64,000 nucleotides of DNA from an uncultured Gammaproteobacteria bacterium (GCA_964536205.1 CAZHVT010000004.1:17960-81959); one strand, 5' to 3'. Shown: positions 30,847-38,689, numbered from the stretch's first letter. A program made the numbers and translations. Notes: generated from the letters alone by a model not told the origin.

Positions 30847-30948
30847 ATGGACTGGCCAGGGATTCATCGAGACATGACGATTACAGCGATTTCGCTGGTA
30901 ACAATCATCTTTCTGTTCTGGGCATGCAGCGGCTCAAGCCTCTGCTAG
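30847..30948 (+). CDS. array ORF G, 33 aa hydrophobic peptide
   Basis: SD GGAGGAG; MDWPGIHRDMTITAISLVTIIFLFWACSGSSLC. Confidence 0.55.
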   Translation: MDWPGIHRDMTITAISLVTIIFLFWACSGSSLC

Positions 30949-30965
30949 AAATTAACAACACATAT

Positions 30966-31056
30966 CGAGGGTCTACGGATCCTCGCGCAGTCCCGAACCA
31001 ACGCGGTTCGGGGCTCCAAATCGGAAAGATTAATGAAAATTAAGCATCCGTGAGGA
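30966..31056 (+). repeat. structured motif copy 5
   Basis: CGAGGGTC-TACG-GATCCTCG hairpin, GTCCCGAACC/GGTTCGGGGC hairpin, TCCAAAT-stem-TGAGGA. Confidence 0.8.
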
Positions 31057-31069
31057 GTTACAAATAAAA

Positions 31070-31098
31070 GCCCTGACCCGGGGTAAAAGAAATGGGTT
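31070..31098 (+). promoter_or_regulatory. H-type pseudoknot 5
   Basis: S1 GCCCT/GGGGT, S2 GACCC/GGGTT, loop AAAAGAAAT. Confidence 0.6.
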
Positions 31099-31109
31099 TT
31101 AGGAGGCAC

Positions 31110-31490
31110 ATGATCTTTTGGATCAGTCGTCACGAGCTGTCCCCGGCGCAGACCAAGGCTATCTTGGATCTGCACGGAGACGTTGAGGTAAAGCGACAGG
31201 AAGTCGTTTTCGATGAGGTGGGTGGTTTGAAATCGCTCATCGAGTCGGTAGATGAAGGAGACTTCGTCTACGCCGTGGCCGGTGCGCCGCACTACTTGGC
31301 AGCCGCTTTGAGTGGTTGTGAGTTCGGTGTTTTTCTCAATCACCCGGGTCGGCGTGCCAATGGCACGTTCGGTCTTCATTGCGTATTTCACGTGGTCGGT
31401 GGAGAGCTGGTAAAGGTCTGGGAAAACCCAGATCCGAACAGCGATGAGGGAGAGCGTCTCGATGTCACAGTCGAGCGTCCCATTCTTTAA
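31110..31490 (+). CDS. array ORF H, 126 aa soluble protein (FWISRHELSPAQ N-terminus)
   Basis: SD AGGAGG at 31101; start MIFWISRH. Confidence 0.7.
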   Translation: MIFWISRHELSPAQTKAILDLHGDVEVKRQEVVFDEVGGLKSLIESVDEGDFVYAVAGAPHYLAAALSGCEFGVFLNHPGRRANGTFGLHCVFHVVGGELVKVWENPDPNSDEGERLDVTVERPIL

Positions 31491-31497
31491 ACCAGAG

Positions 31498-31554
31498 GGC
31501 GTGCTATGGCACGTCACTCCAACTAAAATTTCAATGTATTGAAGTTTTTGAGGA
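31498..31554 (+). repeat. structured motif copy 6
   Basis: GGCGTGC-TATG-GCACGTC hairpin + TCCAACT-AT-rich stem-TGAGGA. Confidence 0.75.
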
Positions 31555-31568
31555 GAAATGGGAAGAGC

Positions 31569-31595
31569 AAAAAACCGGCATTGTGCCGGTTTTTT
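31569..31595. terminator. bidirectional intrinsic terminator
   Basis: AAAAAACCGGCA-TTG-TGCCGGTTTTTT. Confidence 0.85.
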
Positions 31596-31616
31596 GTTTG
31601 CAGAAAAGCTTCTGAC

Positions 31617-31690
31617 TACCAGGGGGGAGAATTGAACTCCCGACCTCAGGCTTATGAGTCCTGCGCTCTAACCTTCTGAGCTACCCTGGT
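31617..31690 (-). tRNA. tRNA with CAT anticodon (elongator Met or Ile2)
   Basis: ACCAGGG acceptor, TAGCTCAG D-arm, CT-CAT-AA loop, GTTCAA T-loop; CCA not encoded. Confidence 0.92.
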
Positions 31691-31746
31691 AGTCAATAGC
31701 TTTATGATTGCTAACGGCGATAGTATAAGAGAAATTGAAATGATCG

Positions 31747-32697
31747 TCAATGTAATGTCATGAGGACAATTTCAGGAGGATTAAACAGGCGTGCGCGAGG
31801 TCCAGATTCTCCTAAACCAGCCGTTACATACAATGTTGTCTCTCCAAATTTAGATGCACCTTTAAATGTATCTCTTGGTAGCTGTGTAGGGCCTGGTTTA
31901 GCAAGTGGACCAATTCCAGGCAAGCGAATCTGCCCGCCGTGCGTATGTCCAGAAACTACCATATCAACTTTGTCTTGCGCATCCAAAATTAAATCCGGAT
32001 TATGACTGATTACAATTGTACGTGCAGATCGATCAGGCAACTCTATCGAATCAAAATCATCAGCCTCACTCCAGATATCTTGTGCACCAACAATATACAA
32101 AGGATCCTCATCAAAAAACTTTGCAACAGCGTCCTCTAATCCTAGTATTCCTAAATCTTGCAAAACCGTTCGCACGTCGTCTGCCTCTTCATAATCCGGA
32201 ATATGTTTTCCGGGAATACCAACTCGAAAAGCATGATTTCCCAAAACAGCAACGGTCGGCGCAATCAAAGGCAATTCACCATACGGCTCAAAATGATAAC
32301 GCGCTTCATTCGCATGATCTCCCAAGAAATAATCACCAGCCATTAAAATTAAATCTGGCTCAATCTCTGCAATCTTGTTCACGACACGAGTAGAAAAATC
32401 TCTTTTCTTGTATGGACCAACATGAATATCAGAAATCAACACAACTTTCTTTGGGGACTTCAGAGCCTTTTCAGCAGGGAAGGAATAATCATATTCACGC
32501 ACAACCAACATCCGAGATTCAATAAAACTACCATAAATTAAAATCAATCCTGGAATCAACACAATCACAGCGAGCAGCCAGCACGGATACGGTTTTTTCG
32601 ACTTACAAGAATGATGATGCAAAAAATATCCTGTCAGCCAAAAGGACAGGACAATACCTCCGAGAATAAAAAAGTCGAAAAAGAGTACTTGAAACAT
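31747..32697 (-). CDS. membrane-anchored metallophosphoesterase
   Basis: SDIH, GD, GNH, HNPD, GHTHGGQ motifs. Confidence 0.9.
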   Translation of the reverse strand: MFQVLFFDFFILGGIVLSFWLTGYFLHHHSCKSKKPYPCWLLAVIVLIPGLILIYGSFIESRMLVVREYDYSFPAEKALKSPKKVVLISDIHVGPYKKRDFSTRVVNKIAEIEPDLILMAGDYFLGDHANEARYHFEPYGELPLIAPTVAVLGNHAFRVGIPGKHIPDYEEADDVRTVLQDLGILGLEDAVAKFFDEDPLYIVGAQDIWSEADDFDSIELPDRSARTIVISHNPDLILDAQDKVDMVVSGHTHGGQIRLPGIGPLAKPGPTQLPRDTFKGASKFGETTLYVTAGLGESGPRARLFNPPEIVLMTLH

Positions 32698-32765
32698 GAA
32701 GGTATGATAATTGAAATCAGTAAATTGTTCAAATAAAAAACCGAATCATGAGATTCGATTTTTTA

Positions 32766-32838
32766 TTGCGGGGGTCGGACTCGAACCGGCGACCTGCAGG
32801 TTATGGGCCTGCCGAGCTGCCAACTGCTCTACCCCGCG
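32766..32838 (-). tRNA. initiator tRNA-fMet (CAT), atypical anticodon arm
   Basis: CGCGGGG start with C1:A72 mismatch; anticodon arm GCAGG-CCCATAA-CCTGC. Confidence 0.9.
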
Positions 32839-32902
32839 GAAAAAATCTGAAAACAGAATCTTTCCGCGAAATACAGATCCGTTGATGCTATATACGTAGT
32901 TG

Positions 32903-32989
32903 TGGTACCGGGAGAGAGACTTGAACTCTCACGAGCTTGCGCTCATTGGATTTTGAGTCCAACGCGTCTACCAGTTCCGCCATCCCGGC
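32903..32989 (-). tRNA. tRNA-Leu (CAA)
   Basis: GCCGGGATGGCGGAACTGGTAGACGC, CT-CAA-AA loop, long variable arm, encoded CCA. Confidence 0.95.
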
Positions 32990-32998
32990 CTACAGACT

Positions 32999-33107
32999 TA
33001 CAGTTTGATCAGATGGGCGAGCTATACCTATCTTCCCTCGTTGAATACGACTCATTTCGTCACTCAATCCAGATAGGCATATCTCATCCCATCTGATACA
33101 AGCTGTA
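32999..33107. repeat. long bulged hairpin in tRNA-Leu leader
   Basis: TACAGTTTG-ATCAGATGGG...CCCATCTGAT-ACAAGCTGTA. Confidence 0.65.
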
Positions 33108-33156
33108 TCTCGTTTGTGAGCGTCGAAACTATTCCCACCAATCTGTTACGCGCATA

Positions 33157-33185
33157 AGTATAACTTGAGCGGTAATTATTGTCAA
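33157..33185 (-). promoter_or_regulatory. sigma70 promoter for tRNA cluster
   Basis: Minus strand TTGACA-17bp-TATACT. Confidence 0.75.
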
Positions 33186-33219
33186 TAAAGTTGGGTTTCG
33201 TGTATAATGAAGTCAAGGT

Positions 33220-33990
33220 ATGTCACGAATCATTTCTGTCGTCAATCAGAAGGGGGGCGTTGGTAAGACAACAACATCCATTAATGTGGGTGCGTTTTTG
33301 GCAAACATGGGGAAATCTGTGTTATTGGTGGATTTGGATCCGCAGGCTAATGCAAGCGCAGGGCTTGGTATCAATCACAAAGAATTGGAGTTGGGTATTT
33401 ATCATTGTTTGATTGGTGAGGCTCGGATGCCGGAAATTATCAGAAATACATCTATCCAGGGATATCGCGTGGCACCATCTACACCAGATTTGGCAGGAGC
33501 TTCGGTAGAATTAGTAAATGCAGATCGTCGAGAATATCGTCTGGCCGATGCAATTGATGAGGTGAAACATGGATATGATTATATTATTATCGATTGTCCG
33601 CCGTCACTTGGATTGCTTACCATCAACGGCTTGATTGCGTCAGATGAGGTTTTAATTCCAGTACAAGCAGAATATTATGCGTTGGAAGGGTTGGGGCAAC
33701 TCATGAATACCATCAAACTTGTTAAAGAACACATCAAGCCAGAATTAAAGATTTTAGGCACAGCCCTCACTATGTTTGATAAACGAAATAAATTATCCAC
33801 AGAGGTGATGCATGAATTATATAAATTTTTCCCAGACAAAATTTTCAGATCGGTTATTCCAAGAACTGTCCGTCTCGCCGAAGCTCCAAGTTTCGGACAA
33901 TCAATTTTGGAATACGACCCGCGGTCAAAAGCGTCAAACGCATATCAACGCCTAGCAAAAGAAATCGTAGAAACCCAAAGGTGGGAATAA
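33220..33990 (+). CDS. parA: ParA/Soj ATPase
   Basis: NQKGGVGKTT, DLDPQANA, DCPPSLG, LAEAPSFG. Confidence 0.96.
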   Translation: MSRIISVVNQKGGVGKTTTSINVGAFLANMGKSVLLVDLDPQANASAGLGINHKELELGIYHCLIGEARMPEIIRNTSIQGYRVAPSTPDLAGASVELVNADRREYRLADAIDEVKHGYDYIIIDCPPSLGLLTINGLIASDEVLIPVQAEYYALEGLGQLMNTIKLVKEHIKPELKILGTALTMFDKRNKLSTEVMHELYKFFPDKIFRSVIPRTVRLAEAPSFGQSILEYDPRSKASNAYQRLAKEIVETQRWE

Positions 33991-34001
33991 CCGCAAAGCG
34001 G

Positions 34002-34120
34002 AATGACCAAAAAACAAATAACAATGTTCAAACAAATCTCAAGCTCCAAAAAACGATATGTGTAATTTGAACATTAGAATTTGAATATTGTTTATTATTT
34101 GGAATTTGGTACTTGTAATT
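34002..34120. repeat. CAAAT-type heptamer-armed hairpin
   Basis: CAAATAACAATGTTCAAA ... TTTGAATATTGTTTATTATTTG. Confidence 0.55.
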
Positions 34121-34139
34121 TATTGACAACGTCAATTAT

Positions 34140-35009
34140 ATGGCATTAGGAAAAGGATTGAACGCACTTATTGGATCAAAGACATCCGGAAGCAAAAAGG
34201 CTTCAAAAAAACCGACGACCAAGGTTGAAGAAAAACAGTCGGTACAAGAGGGGAGTCTTATGATTCCTGTCTCGCAGATTCATGCAAACCCAGATCAGCC
34301 GCGTAAACAGTTCGGCATAGATGAATTACAAGATTTAGTACAATCAATTGAAAAGCATGGAATTTTGCAACCGCTTGTTGTGAAAGAGGAAGAGGATGGG
34401 ATGTATCAAATTATCGCAGGAGAGAGACGTTTTCGTGCATCACAGATGATCGGTATGACACGAGTGCCATGTACAGTAAAACCGGTTGATAAAAAACAGG
34501 AGCTAGAAATTTCTCTCGTTGAGAACATTCAGAGAAAAAATTTGAATCCACTTGAAGAAGCTTTTGCATATCAACGATTAACAGACGAATTTGGAATGAC
34601 GCAGGCAGAGGTTGGATCGCAGGTTGGTAAAAGTAGATCGTATGTTGCAAATACAATTCGATTGTTAGATTTGCCACAGGATGTTCAAAAAGGATTGAGT
34701 GAAGGAAAAATTTCACATACAAAGGCGCGCGCATTGTTAGGCTTGCCAACTATCAGACAACAACTAAAAGCGTTCTACGATATTGCAGGGGATAAGCAAA
34801 TTTCAACACGCGCAACAGAACAGATGGTACGAAAGCATCGAACAAAACTGGGGCGACGAGATCCATTACTAAACGCACTTGAAGAACGTCTCCGTGAAAA
34901 ATTGGGCACGAAAGTGTATGTGACAAATACAAAAGGAAAGGGAAGTGTGAAGATTGATTTCTTTTCAGATGAGGAGATGAATGGGGTTGTGCAGAAGATT
35001 TTGGGGTAG
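34140..35009 (+). CDS. parB: ParB/Spo0J
   Basis: LGKGLNALI, NPDQPRK, IAGERRFRA, ENIQRKNLNP. Confidence 0.96.
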   Translation: MALGKGLNALIGSKTSGSKKASKKPTTKVEEKQSVQEGSLMIPVSQIHANPDQPRKQFGIDELQDLVQSIEKHGILQPLVVKEEEDGMYQIIAGERRFRASQMIGMTRVPCTVKPVDKKQELEISLVENIQRKNLNPLEEAFAYQRLTDEFGMTQAEVGSQVGKSRSYVANTIRLLDLPQDVQKGLSEGKISHTKARALLGLPTIRQQLKAFYDIAGDKQISTRATEQMVRKHRTKLGRRDPLLNALEERLREKLGTKVYVTNTKGKGSVKIDFFSDEEMNGVVQKILG

Positions 35010-35260
35010 GTTGAGATTGAAATTCAAAGAGCGGTTAAGCCGCTTTTTTGGTTTGCGATGTGCCTCGCCTCTTCAGCCAGGTACATGCGTAGTTTCTAAA
35101 AAAGCGTGTAGCACGTCATTCAAGCTTTCTACATAAGCCTGCTGGGCTTTGATGCATTGTAAACGATCACGAAATCGAAGATTTCTGTCGTTAACAAAAA
35201 AAGACTTCGATATATTCCTCAACCGTAGTTGATAAAAATATCGAAGTCTGGGGGGGTGGA

Positions 35261-36883
35261 CTAGCGACTACCCAATCCGGAAAGGAATGAGCTGTGTGGC
35301 ACAGGGCCATCCGGTCGCGGCGGGTTCATGACATCGTCACAGCGCTTCAGGCTGTGGCGAAACATCTTTGTGGAGCATGCAACACCAGCGCATACGCCAT
35401 CAGCGATGCATTCGGGAGCCATTCGTCGGCTGTCGAATGCGATCAGAACCAGGTCCTTCAGCTCCTCCCACGGAATCGTGGTTGGCTTGATGTTCAATGC
35501 AGAGCGCGTACCGTTGGCAAGCAGTGGTATGCGCGCATCGTAGAACCAGTTTTCAGCACCCGGAATCTGACCTTCAGCAATCAGCTGATGCTTGTTGTAG
35601 CCGTAGAGAGTCGTCGTTCCATGTCGACGTTCAGCCATGCGGATCATCCGCGTAAGCTGATCGAGATAGGTTTTACGATTCGTATCGCTGTTGATCCGGC
35701 CGACGTTGAGCTTCTTGAGAACGCGGAAATTCGTCAAAATCACGACATGACCAGTCTCCGGATTTCGGATGACAATGATCGCAGCTTGATCGAACTTCCT
35801 TGCGCATCGGTCGAGACCGAACGTTGTCGTTTCGAGAAATACGATCTTCATGGTCTTGCGACCTACAGGAATGTCGACGAGTTCTTTGTTCGCGTCATAC
35901 TCAGCGCGGCCAACCGTGAAGAAGTGCTGTTGCTCAACATGCTTCATGATGACGAGCATCTGCATCTGAACAGGTCGATCGGTACGCCACAAATCACTAT
36001 GCTCCGACAGACTGCCAGGTTCGGCAAACATCAGTCGGGGAAACATCGCGAACTCGTAAAGCTCGATCTTGTTCTCTCGGACTCTCTGCTCGAGATGCCG
36101 ACAGTACGTGAGCAGCTGCTCCATGGCCGGATTGCTTTTGCAATCCAACTCTTGCGCCAGCGCATCGGGAGTTGCAGAGTAGAACGTCTGACCTTCCTCT
36201 CCGAACTGCTCCTTCATGAACTGCATCACCACCTCATATACAGAAGTGGGGTGAGCAAGGTCTGCTGGGGCAACATGTGCCGGCCAACGCATGCGTCCGA
36301 TCACGAGCTTCTCGAGGAAGTCATAGATCGGGTCATCAGGCGTATTGATGTTCTGCATCATCCGCACGAGCTGTGAAAGCTCGAGTGGTCCGCAGTACAT
36401 GCGCTTGTGGCGTGCATCTTCTTCGTCGACGTACTCCACAAAATCCTCGAGCTGCGCAGGAAGATTATCGCCAAGCGCATCGGCAATCAGCCGAATGCTA
36501 GAGGTGTTGACCTCACGTCCGAGTTCCGGATCCGGATGCTCGTCGAATCGACCACCACCAGTACCCACGAACAGAATCCCGCAATGTTCCTCGAGCTCAT
36601 CGGCAGTCAAATTGCAGATCCGAATATCATCGAATTTCGGATACACACCCAGGTCATTGCGCCCGGCGTCCGCATCTTTCCAGTCGCAGTAACCCTGCTC
36701 CTCGAGCAGATCTCGAATCTCCGGATTGTCCCAACTCAATGTGCCAGTAGCATCAATGAGATGATGAGGAGTGGTAAGATCCACACCCATGCTTTCGCCA
36801 AAGTGACGAAGCAAGATCAGAGCACAAAGCTCATCCAGATGTGGCTGTCGATGCATCACAATTACTCGTTTATCATTTTTCAA
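35261..36883 (-). CDS. MYG1/DHH-like putative phosphoesterase
   Basis: HRQPHLDE and GTGGGRFDEH motifs; TTG start with SD AGGAGG. Confidence 0.6.
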   Translation of the reverse strand: MKNDKRVIVMHRQPHLDELCALILLRHFGESMGVDLTTPHHLIDATGTLSWDNPEIRDLLEEQGYCDWKDADAGRNDLGVYPKFDDIRICNLTADELEEHCGILFVGTGGGRFDEHPDPELGREVNTSSIRLIADALGDNLPAQLEDFVEYVDEEDARHKRMYCGPLELSQLVRMMQNINTPDDPIYDFLEKLVIGRMRWPAHVAPADLAHPTSVYEVVMQFMKEQFGEEGQTFYSATPDALAQELDCKSNPAMEQLLTYCRHLEQRVRENKIELYEFAMFPRLMFAEPGSLSEHSDLWRTDRPVQMQMLVIMKHVEQQHFFTVGRAEYDANKELVDIPVGRKTMKIVFLETTTFGLDRCARKFDQAAIIVIRNPETGHVVILTNFRVLKKLNVGRINSDTNRKTYLDQLTRMIRMAERRHGTTTLYGYNKHQLIAEGQIPGAENWFYDARIPLLANGTRSALNIKPTTIPWEELKDLVLIAFDSRRMAPECIADGVCAGVACSTKMFRHSLKRCDDVMNPPRPDGPVPHSSFLSGLGSR

Positions 36884-37018
36884 TGAAACCTCCTATGAAA
36901 TTTAGTTTACTTTTTGTTTTGATGAAAGATCGTTCGAAGATGACACAATGTCATCTCCACACAACTATCCTCAAAAACAAATCTGATATAACATTATTTT
37001 ACACTAAATTAACCAAAA

Positions 37019-37047
37019 ATAATACCACAAAAACAGCCTTTTGTCAA
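37019..37047 (-). promoter_or_regulatory. sigma70 promoter for 36883 gene
   Basis: Minus strand TTGACA-17bp-TATTAT. Confidence 0.6.
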
Positions 37048-37117
37048 CCCCTACGAACATCTTGTTGCTCTACTAAAATAAGTGGTATTTATGGCATTTT
37101 ATGGGTAAGTGAGAGGT

Positions 37118-37215
37118 ATCGAGAAAGCGAAGAATCTAAAAAACAAGAAATCAAAAAAGCAGCAGAGCCACTTTCGATTTCTAGCTTTCTAGTTTTCTGG
37201 TTTTTTCGAACTATT
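37118..37215. repeat. inverted AGAAATCG-type octamer repeat
   Basis: Degenerate octamer arms; related to 60462-60585. Confidence 0.6.
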
Positions 37216-38683
37216 TTTTAGGCAAAACTCCCTTAATCCAATCAGAAATAGACTTCTTCGCATGCGTACGAATGCGAGATTTCGCGATAGATGTTTTCAC
37301 AAAATTGATCCAATCTGCACTTGGACCCTTTCGGTTCTTATCAGTTATTACCTCAACCACATCACCACTTTTCAAAGGTGTATCAAGTCGAGTAAGCTCG
37401 CCATTCACACGAGCTCCAGAACATTTATTTCCAATATCTGTATGAATCGCATATGCAAAATCAACCGGCGTAGCATCTTCCGGCAAATCAATAACATCAC
37501 CTTTAGGAGTAATGACAAAAATACGACTCTGAAAAAAATCCAATTTAATCGATTCTATATCCTTCAGGCCCTTCACCATTTCTTTATGCACACGAGCTAA
37601 CTCATCAATCCAGCGCCTGTGTCGTTCTGGCATTTTTGAAGTTTTCGCATTCTCATTATAATGCCAATGCGCAGCCAAACCATACTCGGCCGCTTCATGC
37701 ATTTCTTCGGTTCGAATCTGAAACTCCACAATTTCACCACCCATCGCAAAAACCGTCGTATGCAATGATTGATATCCATTTGGTTTTGGTTGAGAAATAT
37801 AATCTTTAATTCGTCCCTTCAAAGGTTTCCACAAATTATGCAAAACACCAAGCGTGCTATAACACTGCGCAACATCCGGCACGATCACTCGAATCGCAAT
37901 CAAATCATAAATCTTTGTAATATCTCGATCATATTTTTCCAATTTTCGATGTAACGAATACAAATGTTTCAATCGACCAACCATAGATTTCATCTGAATC
38001 CCAGAACGTTTCAATTCCTTTTGCGCAATTTTCATCACCGTATTGATATACTCATTCTTAGCATCATACCTCTGTTGCACAATTTTCTTCACATAATCAA
38101 AACGTTTCGGATATACATATTGAAATGCTAAATCCTCGATCGTTCCCTTCATTTCACCCATCCCCAAACGTGAGGCAACAGGAGAAAAAATCTCAAGTGA
38201 TTCCAGTGCAATTCGATACTGTTTTTTTGGAGGAAGAGATTCAAGTGTACGGAGATTATCAATACGATCAGCAAACTTCACGATCAAAGATCGAGCGTCT
38301 GCAGCCATAGCAATAAAAAAACGCCGCATATTCTCAACATAGCGAGAAACACCGCGATACTTCACCTTACCGACCTTCGTAACACCCTCAACAATCGAAC
38401 CAACGTCCTCACCAAATTCCTTTGTGATGGTTTCCAAAGTAACATCAGTGTCTTCTGGAACATCATGCAGCATCCCTGCAATCACAATTGGTAATTGCAA
38501 TTCCATTTCAGCTAGAGTAATCGCTGTACGAAGAGGATGATTGACATATGGCTCGCCAGACATGCGCCGCTGTCCTTTATGTGCATCAACTGCAAGCTTG
38601 TAGGCTTTTTCTACCAAATCAAAATCAGCGTCTTTGTGGTACGCTTTGATGGTGCTGATGAGTTGGTCGTATTCGCTAGCCAT
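37211..38683 (-). CDS. rel: RelA/SpoT family (p)ppGpp synthetase/hydrolase (HD-SYN-TGS)
   Basis: SGEPYVNHP, LHDVPED, KPNGYQSLHTT, TPVDFAY. Confidence 0.93.
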   Translation of the reverse strand: MASEYDQLISTIKAYHKDADFDLVEKAYKLAVDAHKGQRRMSGEPYVNHPLRTAITLAEMELQLPIVIAGMLHDVPEDTDVTLETITKEFGEDVGSIVEGVTKVGKVKYRGVSRYVENMRRFFIAMAADARSLIVKFADRIDNLRTLESLPPKKQYRIALESLEIFSPVASRLGMGEMKGTIEDLAFQYVYPKRFDYVKKIVQQRYDAKNEYINTVMKIAQKELKRSGIQMKSMVGRLKHLYSLHRKLEKYDRDITKIYDLIAIRVIVPDVAQCYSTLGVLHNLWKPLKGRIKDYISQPKPNGYQSLHTTVFAMGGEIVEFQIRTEEMHEAAEYGLAAHWHYNENAKTSKMPERHRRWIDELARVHKEMVKGLKDIESIKLDFFQSRIFVITPKGDVIDLPEDATPVDFAYAIHTDIGNKCSGARVNGELTRLDTPLKSGDVVEVITDKNRKGPSADWINFVKTSIAKSRIRTHAKKSISDWIKGVLPKK

Positions 38684-38689
38684 TGTGAG

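Noticed and set aside
29692-31554. Array motifs as CRISPR repeats or canonical integron attC sites
   Set aside because: Only short ends are conserved, spacing is irregular and no cas or intI gene is present. Ends are YCCAAM/YGAGGA rather than RYYYAAC/GTTRRRY. A non-canonical recombination role stays open.
29277-31554. Known self-cleaving ribozymes or k-turns
   Set aside because: No hammerhead CUGANGA/GAAA core, twister or pistol consensus seen by eye; the left strand lacks the GA needed for a k-turn.
28954-31621. Prophage or IS element
   Set aside because: No integrase, transposase or structural genes recognisable in the window.
35051-35164. 6S or SRP RNA
   Set aside because: Short for 6S, no SRP GGAA/AGCAG motif and no evident promoter; treated as a hairpin element.
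35294-36376. 360 aa + strand ORF
   Set aside because: Antisense shadow of 35261-36883, which has the promoter, SD and motifs.
28900-37030. Shared ACTAAATT.A.CAAAA sequence near two accessory promoters (~28910, ~37003)
   Set aside because: Low-complexity AT-rich match, likely chance.
33220-37200. oriC, parS or dif near parAB and the strand switch
   Set aside because: No DnaA-box cluster, parS palindrome or dif match seen.
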